Source: Polyangiaceae bacterium
Lineage (GTDB): Bacteria > Myxococcota_A > Polyangia > Polyangiales > Polyangiaceae
Reading direction: 5' to 3'
DNA length: 64,000 nucleotides
NCBI GenBank assembly: GCA_035063585.1
Contig: JAPSGB010000009.1
Coordinates: forward strand, 1-64,000
Each line of letters opens with the position of its first letter. Within the stretch, counting starts at the first letter, position 1. A program made the position numbers and the translations under genes. A model generated the notes under the pieces. That model saw only the letters and a program-made list of their open reading frames with translations. It was not told the origin of the DNA and made no database searches. Below, in pieces: positions 47,263 to 58,995 of the stretch.

Positions 47263-47442
47263 CCTGGTCCTCCGTAAGGGGTGGAGCGGCCTCGGCTTCT
47301 ACTATGGCAGGAGGCAGGAGGGTATGCCGGTTCGGCGCGGAACCCCGGGGCCCGAGCGCCCGCGCGGTCGAGCGGCCCGGTGACCAGCCCCAAAGTGCGG
47401 GCGGGACGCCGGGCGGCGTGCGATAACCGGTGGAGCTACGAA

Positions 47443-49269
<1,827 letters not shown>

Positions 49270-49678
49270 CGCGCCGGCCGATGCCTCCGGCGTCGCCCTT
49301 CCCTCGGCGAGCGGACCGCTCACGCGGAACGTCAGCGGAACGCCGAACGCGGTCGACCTCACGACGAGCGGAGAGTGCCGCGCCTTCAAGGGGCGGAGCG
49401 CGCTGACCGCGAGCCGAGCGTCCGGCGGGAACCATGCGCGGACTCCGGAGTCGGGCGAGGGTGGTGCGCGGCCGCGAGGACCTTGGCGGCCTACTCGAGC
49501 GCGAGCTCGCAATGAGCCGTGTGCGCGGCGCCGGCGAAGGTCGAGGCTCCTTGCCGGGGGGGTCGTCGCGGCGGGGCTTCGGAGGTCGCGCCGACCCTTG
49601 GCGCGCGGTCCCGTTCGGCGTTAGCCTCCTGCCATTCGAGCCAGTGTCGCGGTACCCGCGGCAGGATAGGAGCGATCC

Positions 49679-50524
49679 ATGCGCCGCCGGCACCCTCTCA
49701 CGTCTTGGTCGGGTTCGATCATGGCCCTGGCGCTGGTGATGGCCGGCTGCTCGAGCTCCTCGGGGGGCGCGAGCGGCAGCGGAGGGGCGACCGGCAGCGG
49801 AGGGGCGAGCGGGTCCGCCGGCTGCTCGGGTGACGGATGCGGCTCCGGTGACTGCCTCACGCCGGTCTCCGACTTCGAGTCGGGTGGCGACGTCGCCGCC
49901 GGATTCACGAACACGCAGGTGCAGCGAGGCAGCGTCGAGGTCGACGCGGATCCAGTGGAGCCCACGAACCACGTCGCGCGCATGACCGCCGGCGAGAAGG
50001 TGGGCGATCAGGTGGGCAAGGCCGATCTCATCGTGGCCTACCCGGCCATCGGCGCCGGGCATCGCGTGGTGGCGAGCGGGCGGTTCTTCTTCCCGGCCGA
50101 CTCCTCGCTCGACAGCCTCATCCTGATGGACATCGAGTGCGCTTCGTGCGGGCTCGACACCAACCCCGGCATCCGGCTCTACCTGCGTGACGGAGCCCTC
50201 CGGGTCGATCGCTCGAAGATCGGGCTCACGGACGCCTTCCTGCCGACGAGCCCCACGCTCGTCACGACCGGCACGTGGCACTCGCTCGTGTGGCAAGTGA
50301 CGCTCGGCATCGGCGACGCTGGGCGGAGCGACGTCTACCTCGACGGCGTGCAGGTCATGAGCGCGACCGGCACGACGCTCATCAGCCAGGCGATCATCGA
50401 CCAGGTCGCGCCGGGAATCACCGTGAAGGAACGAGCGGATCGACTCCAAATCGGCCTGACCGCGAACTCGAACCCGACGTCGCAGACGCTGTTTCTCGAC
50501 GACGTCGCGATGTGCGTCGACTGA
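49679..50524 (+). CDS. Lipoprotein with beta-sandwich (polysaccharide lyase/ConA-like) domain
   Basis: Lipobox MAGC, Gly/Ser linker, DFESG start, GTWH..W, YLDG, LFLDDV end. Confidence 0.7.
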   Translation: MRRRHPLTSWSGSIMALALVMAGCSSSSGGASGSGGATGSGGASGSAGCSGDGCGSGDCLTPVSDFESGGDVAAGFTNTQVQRGSVEVDADPVEPTNHVARMTAGEKVGDQVGKADLIVAYPAIGAGHRVVASGRFFFPADSSLDSLILMDIECASCGLDTNPGIRLYLRDGALRVDRSKIGLTDAFLPTSPTLVTTGTWHSLVWQVTLGIGDAGRSDVYLDGVQVMSATGTTLISQAIIDQVAPGITVKERADRLQIGLTANSNPTSQTLFLDDVAMCVD

Positions 50525-50756
50525 CCGCGCCGCGGCTCACCCTGCGTCGCGCTCGATCGCGAGGAGGCCGCGACGAACGGCCCGCTCACGAGCCCGACGC
50601 TCGGCGCCTCGACGTATGAGGTGAGGTTCGAGACGCCGCCGCCCGCGCAAGAGTGCGTCGTGCTCGACGGTGCCGGCAGCGTGACCGCGCGAGCCTCGCC
50701 CAGGAGCCTCTGCGCGGTCGTGGAGGCGAGCCCGAAGGGGACCGGACGTCACGTCG

Positions 50757-52097
50757 TCAGGGCGGAGGCAGACCCACGCTGAGCACCGCGTCGATCTCGG
50801 CGGCCGTGTAGCTGGTCCCCCAGACCACGTCGACCGCCGCCGCTACGATCTCGGCGCCGCCCTTCATCTGCCCGGTCTTCACCTCGATCAGCATCATCTT
50901 CGGATCGGTCAGCTCCCGCAGACGGGGCGCGGCGAAGCCGACGTCTTCGCCGCGGACCTGAGCGTCCCTCACGGTCGTCAGATGCGCGACGAGCGCGCTC
51001 GGCGATACGGCGCCGATGAGCGTCGCTCCCGGCGCGAGCCTGCGGTGCAGGTACGCCACCCCGTAGGTGTAAGCCGAAGGGTAGCCCTCCTCTTCGAGAA
51101 GCGGACCGTGGGTCGCGGCGCCCGGATCGGGCGTGCCAGGACGACGCCAGTAGATCACGTCGGCGCCGCAGAGCGCGGAGAGTCGTTCGCTCTGCCGGAT
51201 GGGTACGAGGTTGTCGAGGCTGTCGTGCAGCAAGAGCGTGGCGCTCGGGAGCCCCGGGCACAAATCCGCGAACGTCAAGCCCGTGTAGTCGGCGGTCGCC
51301 ATCGGGCCGGTCGTCGCCTCTACGCGATGGCGGTGCCCGCGCAGCGCGCTCAGCACCGGCTCGGCGCGGGAAGCGGCATACGGCAACCACTCCGAGAAGT
51401 CCGCGGGCGGGTACAGCGCCACGGTGACGAGCGGCGCGATCCGGCGATCCCCGAACGCGCTCGCGTAAAGCGACTCGAAGCCTCCCCACGAACCGCCGAA
51501 CACCCCGACCCGCGAGTGATCGACGTCGGGTTGCTCTGCCAGAAACCACATCCCGGCCTTCATGTCTTCGATGTCGTCGGCGACAGAGCCGCCGGCGTAA
51601 AATCTCCCGTGAACCCGCAGGACGGCGAACCCGTTGAGCAGGTGGATGTACGCCTCGTCGTTTACTTGAGCGATCGACGCAGGCTCGTAGTTGACCTTCG
51701 TCTCGCCGTCGTAGTCCGGCTGCTCGACATCGTCGTAGACGCCCTTGCTCCGACCTGCCCAGCGAGCATCGACCTCCTCGCCGGACCAGTCGATCCCACC
51801 GTAGGGGTCGGTCGCCAGCACCGCCGGAGTTGGCGCGGGACGATCGCTCCGTATCCAGTGCACGTACGTCCGCCCACCATCGGGACGAATGACCCGCACC
51901 AACTCTACCGGGAACGAGCGGCCGTCACGCTCGACCGAAAGCTCCCGTACCACCTCGGCTCGATAGGCGGCTCGAGGCCCGTCGGGCGTCCCTGAGTCGG
52001 CGGCTCCATCCAGCTCCGACCGTGGCGCCGAGCCGGCGTCGCTGCCTTGGCAAGCAGCGGCTCCGAGAGTGGCGATGAGTAGCAACACCTGCCGCAT
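50757..52097 (-). CDS. Alpha/beta hydrolase-fold lipoprotein
   Basis: Lipobox-like AAAC; VD..RVGVFGGSWGG nucleophile elbow; DNLVP; H near the C-terminal third. Confidence 0.78.
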   Translation of the reverse strand: MRQVLLLIATLGAAACQGSDAGSAPRSELDGAADSGTPDGPRAAYRAEVVRELSVERDGRSFPVELVRVIRPDGGRTYVHWIRSDRPAPTPAVLATDPYGGIDWSGEEVDARWAGRSKGVYDDVEQPDYDGETKVNYEPASIAQVNDEAYIHLLNGFAVLRVHGRFYAGGSVADDIEDMKAGMWFLAEQPDVDHSRVGVFGGSWGGFESLYASAFGDRRIAPLVTVALYPPADFSEWLPYAASRAEPVLSALRGHRHRVEATTGPMATADYTGLTFADLCPGLPSATLLLHDSLDNLVPIRQSERLSALCGADVIYWRRPGTPDPGAATHGPLLEEEGYPSAYTYGVAYLHRRLAPGATLIGAVSPSALVAHLTTVRDAQVRGEDVGFAAPRLRELTDPKMMLIEVKTGQMKGGAEIVAAAVDVVWGTSYTAAEIDAVLSVGLPPP

Positions 52098-52315
52098 CGG
52101 CGCTCCTGCTGAAGACGCCGGCGCTCACCGGAGCGCCGGCATGAAGACCGCATTAGGCTGCCAGTCGAAACGGCGGTCAAGGCGGCCCGCCCCGCGCGCT
52201 TGCCTCGCGGCGGAGTCGCAGGTGGCCCGAAGGTCTCGCCACTCACGGGCTACCCGGGCTCGCTCGACGCTGAAGCCTGGAGCGTCCGCCGCTCCCCGCC
52301 CGAGCGATACGGCCG

Positions 52316-53929
52316 CTAACGTCGCTTCAACGTCTCACATCGGAGCGCTCCTCCGAGCACACGGACCTCCCCTGTCCAGCGCGAGCCGTCCTCGTATGCG
52401 GCCCACTTCGCGGGCTCATCGAAGGTGCACTGAGCGGTACCCTTCGCGTCCGGGAGCTTGAACGTCACGGTGTACTTCTCGGTGCGCTTTCCCACCCGCT
52501 CGCAGCCGACGCACTGTCCCTCGCGCGCGAGGGTGACCGCGGGCCAGTGAGGCTCGGGCGTCACGCCTGTGCCGACCGCGTGCTCGACGCGCGCGCTCGC
52601 CCATTGGTCGAGCGTGTAGTCACACTTGTCGTCGTAGACGGGCGTCTCCTTGTACTTCGGCTGGCACACCTCCTTCTCGGCGTAGGTGCCGTCGCCGCGA
52701 TCGATCTTCTTGGTGTGGCAGTCCTCGCCGTCGGGTTGCTTCGTCGTCGAGCGCTGCTCCCGGTGGCGAGCGATCCCTCGCGCGCCGCTCGGCAGCTCGT
52801 CACACCAGGCCGACTCCTTCACCGGCCCGAAACGTTCGACGACGACCTCACGCTTCCACTCGTGACCGGCCACCTCGAGCGCGGCCTCCCGGGTCAAGAA
52901 CAGGAATGCCGCGACCGCTCCGAGCGCGAGCACCAGGAGCGCGACGCACCCGATCGCGAAGAACTTCGAAGTGTGACGCTGCTTCGCCGGCGCGGGCAGC
53001 CCGGTCGGCGCGCTGGGCGGCGCAGCCACCAGCCCGACGTCGGTCGCGCCGCCCAGCGGCGCGCCGCAACCTCCGCAGTGCTTCGCGGCGCGACCGCTCG
53101 CGGTGCCGCAGTATTCGCAACGCTTGTCCGTCCCGACGTACTCGTGATCTTGGACGGCGACCTTCTCGTCATCCGGCGGGAAGTAGCGGCGGGTCGCATC
53201 TTGGGCTGCGCCACACGCCGGACAGTGGCGGTGAGTGAGGCCGAGGTTCTTCCGCTGCCCGCAGAAGCCGCAGTCCCACGCCATCTCGTAGATCTTCTCG
53301 GTGGACGACTCGGCCACCTGGGCCCCGGGAGAGCCGGCGCCCAGCGCGAGCGAGTCGAGCGAGACCAGCTCGACGCCGCGCTCGGCGAGCCGCGGCGCGG
53401 CGAGCGCGAGCACCTGGGCAGCGACGCGCGCGGAGCCTTCCGGTCCCGCCCACTCGGACGGGGCACGGCCCTCGGCCGCGGCTGCCGCGGCCAGGCGGTC
53501 GACCGCGTCGCGCACGATGGCTCCCGCCCACGCTTCGAGCGAGCCCGCGGCGCCGTCGAGGACCACCCGGAGCGCCGCGGCGGGGTCCACCACCCGGAGC
53601 GTGAGCTCGGCGCTGAACACAGCCGCCGGCGCGGCGCCGCTCACCCGGACGCGCGGAATGGGGCTCATGGCGATGAACCAGGGCTCGACGTCGAGCGAGC
53701 CATCGGGCAGGCTCGCGGGCGCGAGGAACGGCAGGGCCGCGGGCGTCAGCGGATAGCGCCCCGCGCCCATGAGACCGAGGAGCTGACCAGCGCGGACGAA
53801 GGCGACGACGTCGGTGGCTTCGCAGCCGAGCTCGCTCCCGGGCGGTAGCGGCCTCGAGGGGAACTTGAAGAAGCACTCCGCGCGATGCGCGGGATCGCGA
53901 GCGACCCACTCTCTCATCGTGGCGCGCAT
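52316..53929 (-). CDS. SPFH-like N-terminus, double Zn ribbon, TM, Cys-rich exported domain
   Basis: WDCGFCG..CPACGA, CEYCG..CGGCG, TM, then W.R.V.VE..DRGDGT..C.Y..W. Confidence 0.7.
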   Translation of the reverse strand: MRATMREWVARDPAHRAECFFKFPSRPLPPGSELGCEATDVVAFVRAGQLLGLMGAGRYPLTPAALPFLAPASLPDGSLDVEPWFIAMSPIPRVRVSGAAPAAVFSAELTLRVVDPAAALRVVLDGAAGSLEAWAGAIVRDAVDRLAAAAAAEGRAPSEWAGPEGSARVAAQVLALAAPRLAERGVELVSLDSLALGAGSPGAQVAESSTEKIYEMAWDCGFCGQRKNLGLTHRHCPACGAAQDATRRYFPPDDEKVAVQDHEYVGTDKRCEYCGTASGRAAKHCGGCGAPLGGATDVGLVAAPPSAPTGLPAPAKQRHTSKFFAIGCVALLVLALGAVAAFLFLTREAALEVAGHEWKREVVVERFGPVKESAWCDELPSGARGIARHREQRSTTKQPDGEDCHTKKIDRGDGTYAEKEVCQPKYKETPVYDDKCDYTLDQWASARVEHAVGTGVTPEPHWPAVTLAREGQCVGCERVGKRTEKYTVTFKLPDAKGTAQCTFDEPAKWAAYEDGSRWTGEVRVLGGALRCETLKRR

Positions 53930-53965
53930 TATTTCCCGCCGAGCGCTGCGCTGGCTATCGAAAAC

Positions 53966-54628
53966 TCAACGCTTCAGCTTGAACACCGGCCAGCTGTACG
54001 CCTTGGCGAGGAGCGCGAGCCTCGGGTCGGGGTTCACCGCCGCCGGATGGCCCACCACGCTGAGCATCGGCAAGTCCGAATAGCTATCGCTGAAGGCGAA
54101 GCAGTCGGCGAGATCGTAGCCGCGGGCGCGAGCGTGCTCGCGGATGAGCCGCGCCTTCTCGGGCCCCGCGACCACCGGCTTCTCGAGCTTGCCGGTCGCC
54201 TTCTCCCCCTTCATCTCGAGGCGGTTCGCGATGACGTGCGTCGCGCCGAGGTGCGTGGCGAGGCGTCGCACGATGAAATCGAGCGCGCCCGAGATGAACA
54301 CCACCTCGTTGCCGTGGCTCAGGTTGTTCTCTACGAGCTCCCGCGCGTCCGAGTAGAGCGCGGGGCGGATGACCTCGTCGAAGACCTCTTCGGCGAGGAG
54401 CACGAGGCGATCCTCGCTCATTCCAGCGTAGGTGCTGTAAAGGAGCTCGTTGAACGTCCGGCGGTCGACCAGCTCGGCGAGCCCCATGGCGGGCGCGCGG
54501 AGGAGCGCGCGCCCGATGCGGCGCGCGGTCGCGAGCGGGGTCCCCTGGTTCTTGAGATAGTACCAGGTCGGCTGGACGAGGTTCGTCGACACCAGCGTGC
54601 CGTCGATGTCGAAGTAGCTGGCCGCCAC
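53966..54628 (-). CDS. HAD-IB family hydrolase
   Basis: FDIDGTL, ISGA, K, FSDSYSDLPML..VG.P..VNPD. Confidence 0.92.
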   Translation of the reverse strand: MAASYFDIDGTLVSTNLVQPTWYYLKNQGTPLATARRIGRALLRAPAMGLAELVDRRTFNELLYSTYAGMSEDRLVLLAEEVFDEVIRPALYSDARELVENNLSHGNEVVFISGALDFIVRRLATHLGATHVIANRLEMKGEKATGKLEKPVVAGPEKARLIREHARARGYDLADCFAFSDSYSDLPMLSVVGHPAAVNPDPRLALLAKAYSWPVFKLKR

Positions 54629-54690
54629 GGACCCTCCTCGTGCGCTCGGGCCCGCGCAAAGTCAAGGCTTCTGCTAGAAACCTCCCCGCC

Positions 54691-55824
54691 ATGCAGCTCA
54701 TCGACTCTCACTCGGGGCTCGAAGACGCCTGTCGAGCGCTCTCCGGCGCGCCGCGGCTCTACCTCGACACGGAATTCGAGTCCTCGCGCGAGGGCAAGCT
54801 CCTCAGCCTGGTTCAGCTCACCCGTGGCCGAGAAATCTACCTCGTGGACGCCCTCCGCCTCCGCGCGCTCGAGCCGCTCGCGCGCGTGCTCGGTGACACC
54901 GAGTGGGTGCTCCACGCCGGCGCGCAGGACGTGCCGCTCTTGGTGGAGCGGCTCGGGCTCCGCGAGCCCCCGCCCCTCTTCGATACGCAGGTCGCCTGGG
55001 CGCTCATCGGGCCCGAGTACTCGGTGTCGCTCGCCTATCTCGAACATCGCCTGCTCGGGCTCCGCGCCGAGAAGACCCACCAGCTCGACGACTGGAAGCG
55101 GCGCCCCTTGCCGCCCGCGCAGCTCAGTTACGCGGCCGCCGACGTCGAGCACCTCGAGGAGCTCCAGCGACGCCTCTCGGAGCGCGCCGCGGCGCTCGGG
55201 CGCGCGGAGGTGATCGCGGAGGCGTCGCGCGAGCTCTTGTGGCCAGCGCCCGAGCCGCCCACGCGGCTCAGCCTCGACAGCTTCCGCAACGCCTGGCAAC
55301 TCGATCCGCACGGTCAGGCCGCGCTCCGCTGCTTGGTGTCCTTCTGTAACGCGCTGCCGGAGCGCGAGCGGCCCTTCGCGCCGGAGACGAAGACGCTCCT
55401 CGCCATCGCGAGCCGCCTCCCGGAGAGCGGCGACGAGCTCGCGCGGCTGAAGGGCGTCCCGAGGCGGTTCGCCGCCGAGCACGGCGAGCACCTGGCCGGG
55501 CTCATCATGCGGGCGACCGCCGAGGCCGACGCGGCGGACTTCGTGCCTATCGAGCCGCCCCCCTACGCGACCTTCGAGGAGATCCGCGTCGACGGCTGGC
55601 TCTCGCTCGCGCGGGCGTCCCTCTCCGAAGAGCTCAGCATCGCGCCCGAGCTCGCGCTACCGTCGCGCGTGCTGCGTCCCATGCGCGATGCGATGCTCGG
55701 CGAAGGCCGCGCAGACGCCGCCCTCGCGGGGCTCGAGGGCTGGCGGGCGCGCGTGCTCGGCCCGGCATTTCGACGCTACGCCGAGGCGCACCCGCCGGAT
55801 CTTCGCGCCAGCGCGCGCGCGTGA
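54691..55824 (+). CDS. rnd: Ribonuclease D
   Basis: DTEF, LVQL, HAG.QD, FDTQVA, DW.RRPL..QL.YAAADV. Confidence 0.88.
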   Translation: MQLIDSHSGLEDACRALSGAPRLYLDTEFESSREGKLLSLVQLTRGREIYLVDALRLRALEPLARVLGDTEWVLHAGAQDVPLLVERLGLREPPPLFDTQVAWALIGPEYSVSLAYLEHRLLGLRAEKTHQLDDWKRRPLPPAQLSYAAADVEHLEELQRRLSERAAALGRAEVIAEASRELLWPAPEPPTRLSLDSFRNAWQLDPHGQAALRCLVSFCNALPERERPFAPETKTLLAIASRLPESGDELARLKGVPRRFAAEHGEHLAGLIMRATAEADAADFVPIEPPPYATFEEIRVDGWLSLARASLSEELSIAPELALPSRVLRPMRDAMLGEGRADAALAGLEGWRARVLGPAFRRYAEAHPPDLRASARA

Positions 55825-55854
55825 GGGCTCACCGCACCCCTCCCCGTGCGCGGC

Positions 55855-56820
55855 TCACCGATCGAGCAGATACGCCGCGATCAGCGGGAACACGATGGTC
55901 GCGTCCGACTCGATCACGAAGCGCGGGGTGTCGACGTCGAGCTTCCCCCAGGTAATCTTCTCGTTGGGCGGCGCGCCACTATAGGAGCCGTAAGAGGTCT
56001 TCGCCTCTGAGATCTGGCAGAAGTATCCCCACGTGCGGCAGTCTTCCTCCAAGTCCTGGGTGATGAGCGGCACCACGCACACCGGAAAATCCCCTGAGAT
56101 CCCGCCGCCGATCTGGAAGAAGCCGACACGCGACTCCGCGTCGGTCGCCTGGTACCAGTCGATGAGCGTCGTCATGTACTCGATGCCCGTCTTCATGATG
56201 GCGGGCGAGCAGATTCGGCGATAGGTCGCCGCGGCGAACACGTTGCCGAGCGTGGAGTCTTCCCAGCCCGGGCACACGATGGGCAGGTTCTTCTTCGCTG
56301 CCGCGAGCATCCACGAGCCCGACGGGTCGATCTGATAGGCGCCCTCCAAGCGCTCACTCCTGAGGAGTTGATAGAGGTACTCGTGCGGGAAGTGGCGCTC
56401 GCCCTGGCGCTCGGCGTGCGTCCAGAGCTCGAGCATGTGGTGCTCGACGGCCCGCATGGCGGCGCCCTCCGGGATGCAGGTGTCGGTGACCCGGTTCAAG
56501 CCGGCGTCGAAGAGCGCCTTCTCTTCTCTCGGGGTGAGGTCGCGGTAGTGGGGGATGCGCCGATATCCCTCGTGCGCGACCAGGTTGAAGACGTCCTCCT
56601 CGAGGTTCGCGCCGGTGACGCACATGCCATGGACCTTGTCCTGGCGAATGAGCTCGGCGACCACCAGCCCGAGCTCCGCGGTGCTCATCGCGCCGCCCAT
56701 CGTGAGCAGCATCTTGCCGCCCTCGTCGAGGTGCGCTTCCCAGGCTCGGGCCGCATCGATCAGCGCAGCTGAGTTGAAATGTCGAAAGTGACGGACGATG
56801 TAGTTTCTGACGGATCCCAT
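55855..56820 (-). CDS. Deoxyhypusine synthase-like protein (probable homospermidine synthase)
   Basis: GAMSTAELG, TGANLEED, NRVTDTCIPE, QIGGGI, GSYSGA..EKITWGK, SDATI. Confidence 0.9.
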   Translation of the reverse strand: MGSVRNYIVRHFRHFNSAALIDAARAWEAHLDEGGKMLLTMGGAMSTAELGLVVAELIRQDKVHGMCVTGANLEEDVFNLVAHEGYRRIPHYRDLTPREEKALFDAGLNRVTDTCIPEGAAMRAVEHHMLELWTHAERQGERHFPHEYLYQLLRSERLEGAYQIDPSGSWMLAAAKKNLPIVCPGWEDSTLGNVFAAATYRRICSPAIMKTGIEYMTTLIDWYQATDAESRVGFFQIGGGISGDFPVCVVPLITQDLEEDCRTWGYFCQISEAKTSYGSYSGAPPNEKITWGKLDVDTPRFVIESDATIVFPLIAAYLLDR

Positions 56821-56928
56821 CTCTCTCCCGGTTCTGGGGCGCGAGCCCGCGTCTTCTCGCTGTTTCACCCAACCGGACGAGGTTCGCTCTGTCAACCCCC
56901 AGGACGCGCGGCGCGCCCCTCGCGCGCG

Positions 56929-57594
56929 TCAGGACTTCCGCGAGAGGCGGAACACGCGCTTGCCGTCCTTCTCGTAAGGCGGCTGAATTTCGAGCGTTTC
57001 GAGCACGAGCTCGCGGATGCGGCCCGCGCCGGAGAGATCGCGGATGTGCAGCCGCGAGCCGCGCGCGGAGAGCACGTCGCAGAGCCCAAACGCGAAATGG
57101 AGCACGCGATCACCACCCTTCGGCACCGGCGCCGGCGCCGGCGCATCGCGGCTCTCCGCCGCCGCCACCGCGCTCGCGGCCGCCGCCCACGGGTGCTTCG
57201 CGGGCGAGGCGGCGCGCGCGCCGAGCTCCGCGCTCGGCCGAGGGGGCGCGTCTGCCGCGGTGGGCTCGCTCGCGGCATGCTCGGCGAACACGGTCGCCGA
57301 CACGAAGAGCGTCACGCCGAACGCGCGAGCGCGCGCGAGGTGTCCGGCGACGACCGGTTCGCCGTCACGCGCGAGCACGACCCCGTACGGGCCGCCCGCC
57401 GGTCCGCCGAGCGACGCGACGGCGTGCCGTCCGCGCGCGCGGCGGAGCGGGTACTTGCCGTCGCCGCCGACCCGCACCTCGGCGTCTTCGACGAACCCGG
57501 TACCGGTGATCCAGCCCTCGACGCCGCGCGCGGCCTCGGCGAGCGCCTCTCCGAGCTCGGCCTCGTCGGGGACGGAGACGATTCGACTCTGCAT
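56929..57594 (-). CDS. Hypothetical protein, PPC/DUF296-like N-terminus plus small C-terminal domain
   Basis: GWI.G.G.V..A, ASL.G, V.AGHL; C-terminal GDRVLHFAFG.C.V. Confidence 0.55.
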   Translation of the reverse strand: MQSRIVSVPDEAELGEALAEAARGVEGWITGTGFVEDAEVRVGGDGKYPLRRARGRHAVASLGGPAGGPYGVVLARDGEPVVAGHLARARAFGVTLFVSATVFAEHAASEPTAADAPPRPSAELGARAASPAKHPWAAAASAVAAAESRDAPAPAPVPKGGDRVLHFAFGLCDVLSARGSRLHIRDLSGAGRIRELVLETLEIQPPYEKDGKRVFRLSRKS

Positions 57595-57607
57595 CTCGGC
57601 CGTCCCT

Positions 57608-58456
57608 CTAGCGCGTCGCGCCGAGCGCGGCGAGCGCTCGATCGACCGAGCCGAGGTATCCCGCGCCGAACAGCCCCACATGCACGAGGAGGGGATAGAG
57701 CTGATAGAGCGGGACTCGCTCGGCGTGTCCTGCGGCGAGAGGGTAGGCCTCGGCGTAGGCGTCGAACACCCGCTCCGAGAAGCCGCCGAAGAGGCGCATC
57801 ATCGCGAGATCCACCTCCCGGTGGCCGCCGTACGCGGCGGGATCGATGAGACACGGCTCGCCCTCCGGCGCGCGGTGGAGGTTGCCGCTCCACAGGTCGC
57901 CGTGCAGTCGCGCGGGCCGCTCGGCGGGGCCCACGAGCTCCGGGAGTCGTGCGAACAGGCGCTCGAAGCGGTCGCGACGCGCGAGATCGAGCTCGCGAAC
58001 GAGCGGCGCCAGCCGTCGAGCACGATAGAACGTCGGCCAGTCGGGCTCGGGCGTGTTGTCCTGGGCGAGTCGCCCGATGAAGTTCGGATGCTCGAGCCCG
58101 AACCGGGGCGCGCCCGCGCGGTGGAGCGCCGCGAGCCCGCGCCCGAGCGCCTCGTCGAAGCCCGCGCACGGCGCCCCCGGCTCGAGGTACTCGAGCGCGA
58201 GGAACGGCACCTCCGAACCGACCGCGAGCACCTCCGGGACACGGAGCGCGCGCGCCTCGGCGAGCCAGGCGAGGCCGCGTGCCTCGGCCAGGAACATCGA
58301 CGGAGCCGCGCTCGGGAGCGACTTCACGAACACCCGCCGGCCATCGGCGAGCTCCACCAAGAACGCCTCGCTGATGTCTCCCCCCGCGAGGCGTCGAGTA
58401 CGCCCGAGCTTCGCGCCGAGCGCTCGCTCGACCGCGCCGCGGAGGCGCTCATCCAT
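57608..58456 (-). CDS. Fructosamine kinase family protein
   Basis: GGDIS, FVK, EARGL.WL, LHGDLWSGN, IDPA.YGGHREVDLAM. Confidence 0.93.
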   Translation of the reverse strand: MDERLRGAVERALGAKLGRTRRLAGGDISEAFLVELADGRRVFVKSLPSAAPSMFLAEARGLAWLAEARALRVPEVLAVGSEVPFLALEYLEPGAPCAGFDEALGRGLAALHRAGAPRFGLEHPNFIGRLAQDNTPEPDWPTFYRARRLAPLVRELDLARRDRFERLFARLPELVGPAERPARLHGDLWSGNLHRAPEGEPCLIDPAAYGGHREVDLAMMRLFGGFSERVFDAYAEAYPLAAGHAERVPLYQLYPLLVHVGLFGAGYLGSVDRALAALGATR

Positions 58457-58944
58457 CAGAGCCCGCGCTCGCCCCGCACGTGCGCGAGGAGCCCCGCGCA
58501 GGCCGCGAGGCAAATCTCGAGCACCTCGTCGAAATCGCGCTCGCCCCCGTAATACGGATCCGGGACGTCCCGCTCGGGGCTTCCTCGCTCGAAGGCGCGA
58601 AGCAGCCGGATCTTTTGTCGGTCCGGCGCGGAACCGGGCGCGGCGAGCGCCTCGAGCGCGTCACGGTTGTCGCGATCCATGGCAATGACGTGGTCGAAGC
58701 GCGCGAAATCGCCGCGCTCGAACTGGCGCGCCGCGCCCCCGACGACGATACCCATTCGCCGGGCGGCGGCTCGCGCCCGTGCGTCCGGCGGCTGCCCCAC
58801 GTGAAACCCGCTGAGGCCGGCGCTCTCGAGCAGGAATGCGTCGGCGAGCCCCGCCTCTCGGACCAGGTGCCGCATCACGCCCTCCGCGGTCGGCGAGCGG
58901 CAGATGTTACCGAGACATACGAAGCAGATGCGAGTCTTTTCCAT
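58456..58944 (-). CDS. Low molecular weight protein-tyrosine phosphatase
   Basis: VCLGNICRSP, SAG, DPYYGG. Confidence 0.94.
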   Translation of the reverse strand: MEKTRICFVCLGNICRSPTAEGVMRHLVREAGLADAFLLESAGLSGFHVGQPPDARARAAARRMGIVVGGAARQFERGDFARFDHVIAMDRDNRDALEALAAPGSAPDRQKIRLLRAFERGSPERDVPDPYYGGERDFDEVLEICLAACAGLLAHVRGERGL

Positions 58945-58995
58945 GTGGAGCTGGCGAACCGAGCGGGCGGCGCACGGCCGCCCGCTCCGAGGAGC

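Noticed and set aside
55855..56820. DHS-like gene as bacterial hypusination
   Set aside because: Bacterial homologs of this type are generally linked to polyamine synthesis, and no efp is adjacent
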